Assembly (NCBI GenBank): GCA_964036045.1 | Contig: OZ038378.1 | Span: 7,936,001 to 8,000,000, forward strand | Direction of reading: 5' to 3' | Origin: Eutreptiella sp. 'Long Island Sound 2002' | Taxonomy: Eukaryota; Protista; Euglenida | Length of the DNA: 64,000 bases | In this document: piece by piece, positions 24,442 through 55,663 of the stretch | How positions within the stretch are numbered: position 1 is the stretch's first letter | How the letters are laid out: each line of letters starts with the position of its first letter | Made by a program: the position numbers and the translations under genes | Notes under the pieces: generated by a model | Told to the model about the DNA's origin: nothing | The model's database searches: none | What the model saw: the letters and a program-made list of their open reading frames with translations, nothing else

Positions 24442-26845
24442 ACCGAGCTGGTGGAACCAGTCTTGGTTTTATAACCCTTTTTAGGGTCTAGGGTGGACCT
24501 ACCAGGTTTAGCAGCAGCAGCAGCAAGCAGCAAGCAGCAAGCAGCAGCAAGCAGCAAGCAGCACGCGCGAAATGGGTAAAAATCAGAATTCCGTCGTGGT
24601 GCTTCGGATTCGGCCGAAATTTTGGTGGATGATACCTATGGGTGTGAGGGACAACCCTACAAAGTATGAGCCAGAAACTCAACGGTGGCGGCCGGGAACG
24701 GGTGTCGCAAGTGGCGGACCTCAGTTTCAAAAATTGCAGTTTAGGGCCAAAACAGCCATTTTTGGGCCAAAAAAGCCCTAGAACCCATTCAAAACGGCCA
24801 AACAAAGGGAAACGGTGGGTACACTCCATGTCAGGCTTGACTTTCGTGTGTCAACGAGCTCTTTGTGGCCCTCTAACTCCACCATATGTCCTTGAAACGG
24901 CCCAAAAAGACCCCAGAAGCCCCAAATTTTGTGCAGATTGGCTGGCAACAGCCACAAACCAAGAACAGGCCATATCTTTGGCTACATGGTCCAAAACGCG
25001 ATTCCGAGGGCACCTAATCCACCCGCAACCCCCCACTTTTTGTGGTTTCCACCCCTCAGAATTGCCCAAACGAACGCCTAGACCCCCATACATAGCCCCA
25101 GCAGGCTGCGGCAAGCTGCAAGCTCAAGCCCAAACAGGTGGGTGCCCAAATGGGTCAACAGGGTCCAGTAGGGGCAAAAAATGACTTTTTTCAAAAACGA
25201 TCCTACACCATGTGTGATGCTAAAACAAGTGTTTTTGGACTGTTTTGAGCTTGTGGTGGCCCATTTTGGTCCTCCGAAAATCCCAAAATGCCTTGAAAAT
25301 GGGCTGTTTTGGGACCAAAAATGGGTGAAAAATGGGTCAAAAACACATTTTTCCAAACCTCATCCTAGACCATTTGGGGTGCACCAACGGGTGAAATGAG
25401 CCCATTTTGAGCCCATTTTGGGGCATTTTGGCCCCTTAGAAGTCCAAAAAAGCCTTGAAAGTGGGCCTCGTGGTGATGGGGATCACTTGCAAGCTGATTC
25501 CACTCTATCAACGGCCTTCAATGTGTGACTCATTGGTGTAAGCTCAAGCCCAAACAGGTGGGTGCCCAAATGGGTCAACAGGGTCCAGTAGGGGCAAAAA
25601 ATGACTTTTTTCAAAAATGATCCTAGACCATGTGCGGCGCTAAAACAAGTGTTTTTGGACTGTTTTGAGCTTGTGGTGGCCCATTTTGGTCCTCCGAAAA
25701 TCCCAAAATGCCTTGAAAATGGGCTGTTTTGGGACCAAAAATGGGTGAAAAATGGGTCAAAAACACATTTTTCCAAACCTCATCCTAGACCATTTGGGGT
25801 GCACCAACGGGTGAAATGAGCCCATTTTGAGCCCATTTTGGGGCATTTTGGCCCCTCAGAAGTCCAAAAAAGCCTTGAAAGTGGGCCTCGTGGTGATGGG
25901 GATCACTTGCAAGCTGATTCCACTCTATCAACGGCCTTCAATGTGTGACTCATTGGTGTAAGCTCAAGCCCAAACAGGTGGGTGCCCAAATGGGTCAACA
26001 GGGTCCAGTAGGGGCAAAAAATGACTTTTTTCAAAAACGATCCTAGACCATGTGCGGCGCTAAAACAAGTGTTTTTGGACTGTTTTGAGCTTGTGGTGGC
26101 CCATTTTGGTCCTCCGAAAATCCCAAAATGCCTTGAAAATGGGCTGTTTTGGGACCAAAAATGGGTGAAAAATGGGTCAAAAACACATTTTTCCAAACCT
26201 CATCCTAGACCATTTGGGGTGCACCAACGGGTGAAATGAGCCCATTTTGAGCCCATTTTGGGGCATTTTGGCCCCTCAGAAGTCCAAAAAAGCCTTGAAA
26301 GTGGGCCTCGTGGTGATGGGGATCACTTGCAAGCTGATTCCACTCTATCAACGGCCTTCAATGTGTGACTCATTGGTGTAAGCTCAAGCCCAAACAGGTG
26401 GGTGCCCAAATGGGTCAACAGGGTCCAGTAGGGGCAAAAAATGACTTTTTTCAAAAATGATCCTACACCATGTGTGATGCTAAAACAAGTGTTTTTGGAC
26501 TATTTTGAGCTGGTGGTGGCCCTTTTTGGTCCTCTGAAAATCCCAAAATGCCTTGAAAATGGGCTGTTTTGCGACCAAAGATGGGTCAAAAATGGGTCAA
26601 AAACGCATTTTTCCAAACCTCATCCTAGACCATTTGGGGTGCACAAACGGGTCAAATGAGTCCATTTTGAGCCCATTTTGGGGCATTTTGGCCCCTCACA
26701 AGTCCAAAAAGCCTTGAAAGTGGGCCTCGTGGTGATGGGGTTCACTTGCAACCTGATTTCACTTCGTCAAGAGCCATCAATGTGTGAATCATTCTTGATG
26801 TCCCTCACCAGTCATATCTAATGTTCCCTCCCCCACCAGCTCGGT
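24442..26845. mobile_element. Non-autonomous element, copy 2, expanded by an internal 420-bp tandem array
   Basis: The same inverted repeats at 24442-24454 and 26833-26845. Preceded by GATTAGGGTTAGGGTC. Confidence 0.75.
25121..26800. repeat. 420-bp tandem repeat, 4 units
   Basis: AGCTCAAGCCCAAACAGGTG recurs at 25121, 25541, 25961 and 26381. The middle units are near-identical. Confidence 0.95.
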
Positions 26846-26860
26846 CCCAATATTCAATCT

Positions 26861-27131
26861 TGATTAGGAGTAGGGTAGGGGTAGGACTAGGCTTCGGGTT
26901 GGGGTGGGTGTTAGGGTCAGGGTTGAGTTTAAGGATAGTGTTGGGGTCCAAAGTGGACAAAATTTTCCTTCGGGCGAGTGTGGTGCCCGTGGAGCGTCGG
27001 GCACCTTTGATGCCCATGCACTCCTGAGGCCGGCACCTTTGACGACTAACTATTGGCCGGAGGCCCCAGGGTGGGGAGGGGGGGGGGGGGGGGGAGTTGG
27101 CGTCCTAGGACCTGTGGAGTCCCCGCCCCCC
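26861..27131. repeat. Telomere-like (TTAGGG-variant) tract plus the right arm of the 50099-50760 element family
   Basis: gattaggagtagggtaggggtagg...gttagggtcagggtt followed by tttaaggatagtgttggggt...ttggcgtcctaggacc, matching 50455-50760. Confidence 0.75.
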
Positions 27132-27510
27132 GTGTTGCAGGGTATGCAAAAGGTGAGGGCAGCAGCGATGGTGGGTGTCAGGACGCGGGGCCATGACCGC
27201 CGGGCAGCCACCAGTGAGGGCCCGGTACTCCGATGGGAGGGTGGTCTATGCCCACCAAAGGTGCTCTTGGCCCAGGCCCCCAGCCGAACCCACTCTATGG
27301 TTGACACTTGCCAAGAGTGCTCCGCGCAGTGGAGGCCTAGGTCGGCTGAAAATCACCAGCACCAGCAACCAACAAATGCGAACACCACACAATTCAACCA
27401 TGCAACTGCAATTCCATGGTGGAAAATACCACAGCAAAACATCATTCACTCCCTGTTCATCGGTGAAATACACCTGTAGCATAGACTAGGGAAATCTTTC
27501 CCAATCCTGA

Positions 27511-27620
27511 GTGATTCCCCAGCCCATTTATTCCACCTGCCTTCATTTGGCAGTTGGAGGGGGGTTCACAAATGGAGACTCACTATGCACCAGGGCCTTT
27601 TCGGCCCTTCCCCCACACGC
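27511..27620. repeat. Dispersed repeat, second copy at 63061-63165
   Basis: GTGATTCCC...TTCATTT.GCAG.TGGAGGGGG...AATGGAGACTCACTATG.ACCAGGGCC..TCGGCCCTTCC is present at both loci. Confidence 0.8.
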
Positions 27621-28837
27621 TTTCCCACCGCCACCCCCTCAAAAGCCGCATGATGCAAATCACAGCATTGCACTACTGATGGCATGCGTCAAAAACTACG
27701 CCGTCTCCCACCCTCTCAAGATCCTTCACTGCTTCTGCGGCTATGATTGAAAGAAAACCATCCTCGTCACGACATTTAAGCGGGGTTCCCCACAAGATGG
27801 TCATCCCTTTGTGATTAGGAAATATTCGGAAACACTTGGAAACATTTGGAAATGCTTCAAAATATTCGTAGTGGTCCCAAAAAGCAGACGCTTGAGGCTG
27901 GATGATCGCTGTGAGGTCCTGGAGATTGGTTGTTGCATGCTGGTATTTCATGGAGGTGAATGATCCGGTGGAAACCCCTGTACGGTAGAGCACATCACTC
28001 TATGCAAAGCGGCTAAAAATGGATAAATGCAGAGCAGAGCAGAGCAGTGAACACAAGAAAGAGAAGATGGTATGGGCACAAATCTGACTACAAACCCAAA
28101 GTCCTCAGCTCAACGAATTGGGGGGGGGGGGGTGAATGTTCGGAAATATTCGGAAGTTTCGAATCTGTGGGAAACGGCGATCTAACACTCGATACATTGC
28201 CGTCACTCTGCCTTGTTGGTCTGCGCCCCAACCACAGGTCACCTCAGACCGTCGTTCGTCAAGTTAAAGGAATATGAGCCCCAAACTCTGCCTTCCCCTA
28301 CGTCGCCGACCCATCCTCCCAACCCACACCAATTTCCCGTCCTGCAGCTGGGCCATGGGCACCCGCTTCTGCTTCCGGTGTGCAGTCTCCCCAGACCCCT
28401 GCTGCACGATGCCCATGAGAACGGCTCATCACGAGGCCCTCCTCCTCCTGTGTGCCACGGCCTGATCGTGTGCGGCACATGGCATTTGTGGTCTGTGTGT
28501 AGTGCGGCAGTGTTTCAGACTCACCGTTTCCTTGCCATCTCTGTGGGAGGCGCTGGCTCACACGATCCATCAGGAGCATTAACAATGACAAACACGCAGA
28601 TGAAGGAGAAGTGGAACCCTCCGGCTCATCCGCTTACCCTCCTGCCCAGTGGAGGGGCGGCAGGGGTACGTGCATCCGCTGGGCTGCCAGGCGATGTGTT
28701 TGTGCGCGCGGACATGAACACCCCAACGCAGGTGCATGAGACGTGTTGCGGTTGTGTGTTGCCACACGCATCCCGGGGGTGCTGGCAGCATCAAATTCTA
28801 TCTCTGCTGCATGCCCAACGGCCAACCGCCAACTGCC

Positions 28838-30142
28838 TCAACCCCCTGCAACTTCGCAGGCAGTGGAGCGGTTGCCCCGTTGACCATCTGCTATGTCTAT
28901 ACAAAAAGGGAGGGCGGCCCACATGCGTTGATCAGGAGGGCATTTTGGCCCCGCGGACAGGCCTCCTTTGTACATGTGGTGCCCCTCTGCGACAGGATCA
29001 GGACCGCATTGGGCGGGTGCCTGTGCACGGGGGAGCGTGTGTGCGAGCAAACGTATGCAGTGCACCAACCTGCTGAGGTGCGAGTGTTTGCCCCCAACGG
29101 TAATGGACTGGCGGAACTTGGCAGCGGTCGCCTGTACACTCGGCAGCTGACGGGCGCTGTTTCGGGACGGGTCGTGGACCCACGGGTGCCTGAGGGCCTG
29201 TGCGGCCGTGAGGCGGGCACGCGGGTCGGACACCAGAAGCTGCCGGAGGAAGTGTCGCCCCGCCTCAGAGAGCGCGCAGTCCTTCGGGAAGCCCCAGGCG
29301 CCCTTCACGATGGTGGCAAACAGCTCCTTGTGCTTCGGGGCCACGAAGGGCGGGCCCCCTGTCAGCATCACGTACCCCAGCACCCCGACCGACCACAGGT
29401 CGCAGGCTTTGCCATACGCAGGCCCGTCCTCGTAATAGCCACACCGGAGGACCTCCGGGGCGATGTAGTACGGGGTGCCGCAGCACTGTGTTAGACTGTC
29501 TTCAGGGCCAATGATTCTCGCAAACCCGAAGTCGGCCACTTTGATGGCCGTCATCAAGTGCGGGCTGCTCTTAAGATCCGCCAAGGACTGGGGCAAGGCG
29601 TGCTCCAGAAGGATATTTTCGGGCTTCAGGTCGCGATGTACCACGTGGTTCTCGTGCAGGTACGCCACCACAGACAGCAGCTTCTGCATCAACTGCGACG
29701 CCACAACCTCCGAGTAGCTCATACACTTCTCAAGCACGTCCATGAGGTTGCCCCCGTGCACCAGCTCCATGATAATGTACACGTTCTGGGTCCCATTGAA
29801 TGCCTCCTCCATCCGGATGATGTGCTTGTGGCTTAGGCGGCTCATGACGGTGATTTCGTTTTCCCAACCCTTTCGCTTCTTACAGTACTTCAAAGCAAAA
29901 ACCTCCTGTGTGGAACGCTTCTGGCACCGCCGCACGGTAGCGTAGTGCCCACACCCAATCATTTCCTTGATCACGTACTGCTGCTCCAAAAGTGTGCTCG
30001 GGGGCATACTAGAAACAACCGTCCCGGAGGCTTCCGTGACCGAGACCTCCGCAACTGGTGCCGGTGCTTGTTTTTTGCCTCGGATGCTGTCCTTCACGCG
30101 TTGCGAGATCTGCGTAAATCTCGAGACAAATACCTTCGACAT
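28838..30142 (-). CDS. Ser/Thr protein kinase, CAMK group (CaMK1/DCLK-like); intronless, about 434 aa
   Basis: Motifs GCGHYATV, FALK, HRDLKPEN, DFG, GTPYYIAPE and DLWSVGV. A strong pyrimidine tract plus AG at 30164-30163, 20 nt before ATG 30142, favours that start over 30247. Confidence 0.92.
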   Translation of the reverse strand: MSKVFVSRFTQISQRVKDSIRGKKQAPAPVAEVSVTEASGTVVSSMPPSTLLEQQYVIKEMIGCGHYATVRRCQKRSTQEVFALKYCKKRKGWENEITVMSRLSHKHIIRMEEAFNGTQNVYIIMELVHGGNLMDVLEKCMSYSEVVASQLMQKLLSVVAYLHENHVVHRDLKPENILLEHALPQSLADLKSSPHLMTAIKVADFGFARIIGPEDSLTQCCGTPYYIAPEVLRCGYYEDGPAYGKACDLWSVGVLGYVMLTGGPPFVAPKHKELFATIVKGAWGFPKDCALSEAGRHFLRQLLVSDPRARLTAAQALRHPWVHDPSRNSARQLPSVQATAAKFRQSITVGGKHSHLSRLVHCIRLLAHTLPRAQAPAQCGPDPVAEGHHMYKGGLSAGPKCPPDQRMWAALPFCIDIADGQRGNRSTACEVAGG

Positions 30143-30162
30143 GACGGTCTCTTGGGACAAGG

Positions 30163-30200
30163 CTGCAAGCGAAGGAGGAACAGAACGGGGGGAATGGCTG
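30163..30200 (-). promoter_or_regulatory. Polypyrimidine tract plus AG (candidate trans-splice acceptor) for the kinase
   Basis: cattccccccgttctgttcctccttcgcttgcag, 20 nt upstream of the ATG. Confidence 0.6.
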
Positions 30201-30399
30201 CAATACAATTGGATCCCCCAGCCCCCGTCCCTTAGAGCTGTCACCATGGACGTACTGGGGTTGCTTTGGATCTTGCTTCGGCTGGCCTGGCTGATGCATG
30301 GATGGAATGGACTGGTTCGTTGGGAGGAAACAAATGGGAAAACTGGCTACTTAGAAAAGTAGTAGTCGCAGAGTTGGTTACCTTCTTCAGTGGCAGATA

Positions 30400-30860
30400 T
30401 GTAGGAATGTGGAAATAAGGAAACATGGAAACATGGGTGTCCCGAAATGTGGAATTGTGAAAATGTGTACATATGCTTCTTGTGGCAATATGGAAGTGGA
30501 TATGCGGAGTTGTGGGAATGTAGAAATTTGGAAATGCAGAAATGTAGATGTGGCAAGGTGCGGAAAGGTGGAAGCGTTGAAATGCATATGTGGCTATGTG
30601 TCAATGCAAAACATTGTAAATGTGAGTATGCCCAATGTGGAAAGTGGAAACGGATACGTAAAAAGAACGGAGGAATGCCCAGAAATGCGGAGATATTGAT
30701 ACGTGGATGTGTGGGAATGTGTGGAAGTTTGGAGATGTTGAAAATGGGAAATATGGAATTTTGAAAATGTCAAATTTGGAAGTTTGGAAATGTGGAGGGT
30801 GGAAACGTTGAAACGTGGAAATGTCGGTATGCTGAAATTTGCAATCGTGGAGATATCCTC
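30400..30860. repeat. Degenerate ATGTGGAAA-motif array (left arm of a foldback pair)
   Basis: Dozens of atgtggaaa/ttggaaat variants. Confidence 0.75.
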
Positions 30861-32284
30861 ATCATCGGACCCAAGACACAGTTGCAGTGATTGCCACCCA
30901 CACGCAAAAATGCACAAAGGGAACAAAAGAGGCCAACTATTTAATAGGTGTTCCCAGGCTTGGCGAGAAATTGCCCTTAGAGGGAGTACTATATGCGGTA
31001 CGTGTGCAGTGCACACGCAGTGCGTGTATTGGGGTGATTTCATAGACCTACCCACCTGTTCGATAGTGAAGTGCATGTGTTTCCAAGCTGCCAAAGGTAC
31101 TGCCTTTGCACATACTGCACTTCACCCATGTCTCTTTCATGGCTTCCTGTGGGCATCACTGTCACCTACATCCGATCAAATGGATTGCGCGACAAAACAA
31201 AAGTCGTGTCATTTTGGCACATTGCAAAGGGGATGGTGACTAGTAAACATTGGAACACTCGCGAATGGCACCTGTCCGCCTGGTGGGTGCCGTCCCATGT
31301 AGTGGTGGACTATGGCACAGGGGCCCTGTCCCTTGGTTGATTCCCCGGTGCTGTTGTTGGTGGCAAGCCCGTGAGTTGCTCTAACACAGAGCTATGTACT
31401 AAGGTCGGATGGTGCCAACTGGCAGTGGCCCCGGAACATTTTGCTCGGGGAGAAAGTGAATGGGTGCTGGCCTCAAGTGCCACTCACCATTCAGGGTAGA
31501 CCCATCTCCCATGCTCGAACAGCAGGGCTGTCCTTAATGCAAAATGGTTTAAACAAAAATCTCGTTGGTTTGCATTTAACCCAACAAATGTGCACATGCA
31601 CATGTCCGCATCTCCGCCCCATATTTCCAATTTTCCACGAACTAATTTTTCCACATTTCCACAGTTCCCTGGCATAGTAATTTGTACAAGCTAGTGGTGT
31701 ACAAATGCGGACATGTGGAGATAGCGAAGCGTGGCAATGTGGAATTTGGAGGATGTGTGGATTTATGAAAGCGGGGAACTGTCGATCACGACTACAACAA
31801 CAGTATTCCATCACACCACCACCACGGTCTCCTGTCTCTCCTGTGTGTGGAATGGGCATGAGGACAGACAACAATGCTCTTCTTGAGTGTGTGTCTTTTG
31901 ATGTTTACACCCCTTTTCCGGAGATGCGCATGCTGGATACTGGACGTCAGGTCTTAATGGGAACAAGAATCGTTAGGACGTAGAGTATGTCTGCTTTCCT
32001 TGGGCTACATTCTGGCGCACAGGTGAAATGGTGGTGAGGCAGTGAGAGAAGTTCTTGGAGAGTGCTTAGGTGCTTTGATTTCTAGGAAAGGGGTCAAAAA
32101 TATGCCTACTGTCCGCACGCAGCAGAGCGCATCTGTATGGCAGAGAATCGGACAGTGGTTTGAATGGAAACCAAAACTTAGGGATACATGAGGGAAAGAT
32201 CCTTCCAATGTCGAAAATGCAGTGGCCCCTGAAGTGGCTAGCATGGGGCTGTGGAGTGCAATGTGGTGGTGGATGTCTCCATAT

Positions 32285-33000
32285 ATCCCAGTCTGCACAT
32301 TTCCACATCTCTGCACACTTCCCAGATATCCAAATTTCTAGATTTGGATCCTTTATCAACGTGCGCACATTTCAACATGTCGGCATTTCCACACACATTT
32401 CGACACATTCAATTGCTACATTTCCACACTTCCACGTTTCCACCTTTTAAAGTATGCACACTTCCGCTTTCCACAACTCAAATTTCCGCATTTCTGCATT
32501 TTTCTACATGGCCCAGGTTCCACATATGCATATATCTACATTTCCACATTTCTAAATGACTACATTTCCATCTTTCCATTTCCAGATTTCCTCATTTCCA
32601 CATTATTACACAGCCACACTTCCACATTTCCATATTTTCACATTTGCAGGTTTCTACGTAATGGTATTACAGAGTATCAACGTTCCCAGATTTCAATGTT
32701 TCCTAATTTCCACATTTCCACATTTCCTATTTCCACGCTTCCACATTTCTGCGTTCCCACATTCATGTCTCTTCGGTTTCACATTTTCACGTTTCCAACT
32801 TCTGCAAATCTCCACATTTCAAAATTCCCATATCTCCAAATATCCCCATCCCCACACCTTCACATTTCCACATTGACAGGTTCTACATATACACACTTGT
32901 GCATACCCACATTCCGACTATTCCGCAAGCCTAGAATTCCGTGTTTCCACAGCCCGACATCTCCCCAAATCCATGTTTCCACATATCTGCGGTTCCAAAC
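32285..33000. repeat. Degenerate TTTCCACAT-motif array (right arm, reverse complement of 30400-30860)
   Basis: Dozens of tttccacat variants. A smaller inner pair lies at about 31600-31670 and 31700-31775. Confidence 0.75.
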
Positions 33001-34249
33001 ACACCAACGGTGAGAAAACAACCGGGGACTACACAGCAAATTTGCAAATCATCCGTGTGCATAATGCATCCACTTGAAGTTTGCCATCGGTCAGGAGAAG
33101 CTGAAACTTCGACAGCCTTGTCGAAGAGGGTCCAGTTCAGCCATATCCTCACAGCTGCTGAAGCTTCAGAAAGGAGTGTATGGCATGCCCTCTGCCAGGT
33201 GTACAGGAGGTTAGCCCCGACCCTGTTTCATTTGCAGTCAGCTGCCGGCAACAGTTCCCTCATCCCGGCCCAAAGTGAGGGTTCCCTCAGCCCCCCAAAA
33301 GGACAATGAGGTAACACGTGGCACACAATCAGACATGCACACAGCGAAGCCATAGCAAATGACAACAAAGCCGAATGTTGTGGTGTGTCCTCAGGTCTCC
33401 TGCACACAGACCAAGTCGAAGTGAGGCAAACCTACCGGTCCTCCGAGCCCCCAGGGTTTGTGAGTGGGGATGTCCCGCGGGCATGCGCTCCAGGGGGCTT
33501 TTGGGCAGGGGCTTGGGCCGGAGGGTGGTTGCAGAGCCCAGGCAGCCTACCACACTATGAGGGCAGCCTCAACTGCCAGGCACCAGTGTCAAAATCAGCT
33601 TCATCCTTCCCCAACGGTCAAACCCTGTCAATGACAACCAACATCTCACTCACAACGGAGCAAGAAAAACTGGCGCGACAAACAGAACGACCGCCAATAA
33701 AAGCGCGACAAAACCGCAGCCGCTCCTGCACACCAGCCCCCCCCCCCCCCCCCACCCCCTTGCCAAGTGCTCATCACACAGGATCATCCGTCAAATATCC
33801 ATCCGCGTTGCTATGGGGGGGTACCACCAATGGACACCAAGCACAAAACTCAGCAAACGACACCACTGCAGTGCATGCAGTGCTTAGGTACGCATCTCCT
33901 TTCGGCCACAGGGACGCCAAAGGCGCCAAAGGGCAAATTTGAGTAACTGGGGCAAACGGCAATTCCCGCAGACACTCCCGGAACGTGCGTGGGGAAGTTC
34001 GCGGTCGATTTAAGACACAAAGCTCTTCTCGTGATTCCGTCCCTGCGTGAACCCCCCCCTCTCGGTATGACACAGGCACCAGGATGTTTAGGGAAGCATC
34101 GGGTAATATGCTAAGGTAAGACAGCAAGAGCGCTTTCACAGTATGAATGCTTCAGGCCGCGCTCGCACTGCTCATCGACGGTTGACGGTTGGAGGGGCCA
34201 CACAGGGTACGCATTAATCAGTGACAGCGCACTACATCGACCAGCATCC

Positions 34250-53420
<19,171 letters not shown>

Positions 53421-53421
53421 G

Positions 53422-53445
53422 CTCTGTGCAACAAAACGTGGGAGC
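53422..53445 (-). promoter_or_regulatory. Candidate trans-splice acceptor for the amine oxidase
   Basis: cacgttttgttgcacag|agcATG. Confidence 0.5.
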
Positions 53446-53989
53446 ACAACCCCACCCACAGGACACCAGTCCCCCATCCCCCATATCCACACATCCCTAC
53501 ACCCCAGTGGTATCCTCAGCATTGCATGGCTGCCACAGCCCACACACAACAGGGCCCACCTGGGCGAGCTCACATGCAACCAGTGCAGCAACAGGCTGAA
53601 AGATGACAATTTATTGCAATCCAATCCCAATTTTGGATGTGGCTACACTGCCCAAGTTCCTTCTGCAGTGTCAGGTACAGTTTTGGGCAACATCATCGGC
53701 GCCAACAGCACATAGCCTCCAAATTAGCTGAAACCGTCCATGTAACAACCCCAGTTTACGCACTGCGGGTGCACCGCGCATGCAGCGCATCTGATACTCC
53801 CCCCTACCAGTTGCAGTGTGCACACGCTGCGTGCAAACTGAGCGCAAGGCGCCCCTTTTGACGAAGTTCCCGCGCTTGTAAAATTTGTGGTGCAGAAGGG
53901 GGGGGGGATGGGAAAGGGAGACACTTTGCAACAGGAGGAGCCACTCATCATGACACAGCGGTTGATTTTGTAGGCAGCCTCAAACGCAG

Positions 53990-55100
53990 TGGCCCTTGCG
54001 CTGCAAGCTAAATCGCATCCGGCCCTTTGCCACCCCCCACGTACCGATGACGCTAGGATTGTACCCAGTAAAGTCCGCCCACCGGGTGGGGAGCTGTCCT
54101 ATCAGTTGGTAAAACCCCCCGTCCTTATCGCTTGTTGTGCCCTGTCCCACCACTGGCGTGGGTCACAGGCAGCTGTGTTGGTCGCTCACACAACTTATTT
54201 GCAGCCTCCTGACCGTGAAGTATGTCTTGGAAGCACCTCATGCACAACCCCCTGGTATGAAAGGCTGGCAGCTTACACGAAACGAATACCGCTTTATGAT
54301 CAGTCCTGGCCACAAATGCCGTGTAAGCCTCTGACACATGGGGTTGTAAAGTGGGAGACAAGTGTATCCAGTCAATGCGGTGTACGGCAGGCCTAAAATC
54401 CTGCAGATCACTGCTGCCTTGGCAATGTATTGGGCAGCCATTTCAGTGCTCGGGAAAAAATCTACTGAGGCCTTTTGTAAGAGTTTGCCCTTGCCGTCCA
54501 ATTTCAGCGCGATGGCCAAGGCACTATTCTACCCAGTCTCGTCTCGCAAGAGGTAGCGGAGACTGCAACGTCTCCCCTGGAGACAATGGTATGAGACGAT
54601 GGTACAGGGGCCAATTTTGCAGCATTTTGGAGATATGTTTGTGCCAACAATATTAAAAATTGCACACGACTGCTTCGCATCAGTAAATCCGGAGGATTGG
54701 GCTGTTGGCCTGATCAACTTTATACCTGGGGAGGATATTCCGTGTCTCGGAAAATGTGAATCTACAAATTCTGGCGCAACAAAACCCTGGCCATTTCTTA
54801 TTTCTTATTAGGGAACAAATTATGCAGGGCTGGCAAAAGTTGCTCCTGAGAAACAGTGGATGGTAGCTCTTATTTCCTGGAGGACTTTCCTGGTGCATCA
54901 ACCAGCACTGTCGTCTGCACCGCATTGAATGCCACAGGAACACTACAAATGAGGAAAGACCACTCCAGCACTTCTGCGACTTCCATCGGAAACTAAGTAT
55001 CATTAACCTCAGGCATAGTGCAAGTGAGCAAAGGCACAGCCTAACGTACATCTGTGCACATCCGTGAAAACACCAAACAAATTGCAAACAAAAATTCTGC
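53990..55100 (-). mobile_element. Decayed LINE apurinic-endonuclease region
   Basis: RIDWIHLSPTLQPHVSEAYTAFVARTDHKAVFVS matches the APE C-terminal RID...SDH motif. Many stops and frameshifts; boundaries approximate. Confidence 0.55.
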
Positions 55101-55663
55101 ACAGAATTTGTGATGCAGAAATTCTACCCTGTATCCCCACCCCCCGGTACCAAAAACTACAGCTGCAGTGGCTATCAACAAAGTGCAGCCCATTGCAATA
55201 CAGAATGGCGTATGAACATCCTGTTCGTAGGTGTGGAACAAATTTTCCAACAATGGACACACAAAAACGTCAAGCTGGTTGTGTAAAAGGCAGGCAGCTG
55301 CTTTGCCACATTTGGGGAGTGAGGTCTAGATTTGAAGGCATGTCTCAAGGAGTTATGATGAGCTTTGACTTTCTAATGCTTTCCCTGGTGTTGCAAGTGT
55401 CCTGAGGGCAGTGGTGTTTCATCCCCAAGTCGGCATTGCCCGAAGGGATCCTCTTTTCATTGTATTGTACTCCTTTTGCGTTTCGTTTGTCTTATACGGC
55501 TTCGACTCCTCTCATGAAGCAGAGGCATGCACGTGCATCTGTGCGCTGTTATTTCGGGACGGGTCATCACAGATGTTGTCCAGGATTTTTTATACCATAT
55601 GACAGTCTTTGTACTGTTTTCAGGTTTGCTTCTCAACCTGAGTAGGTGTGGCATTACTATCAA

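Noticed and set aside
28213-29494. Plus-strand ORFs of 287 and 252 aa
   Set aside because: Shadows of the kinase and its 3' flank.
32285-33000. TTTCCACA as DnaA boxes or a bacterial origin
   Set aside because: Eukaryotic context; the motif differs from TTATCCACA and behaves as a degenerate repeat.
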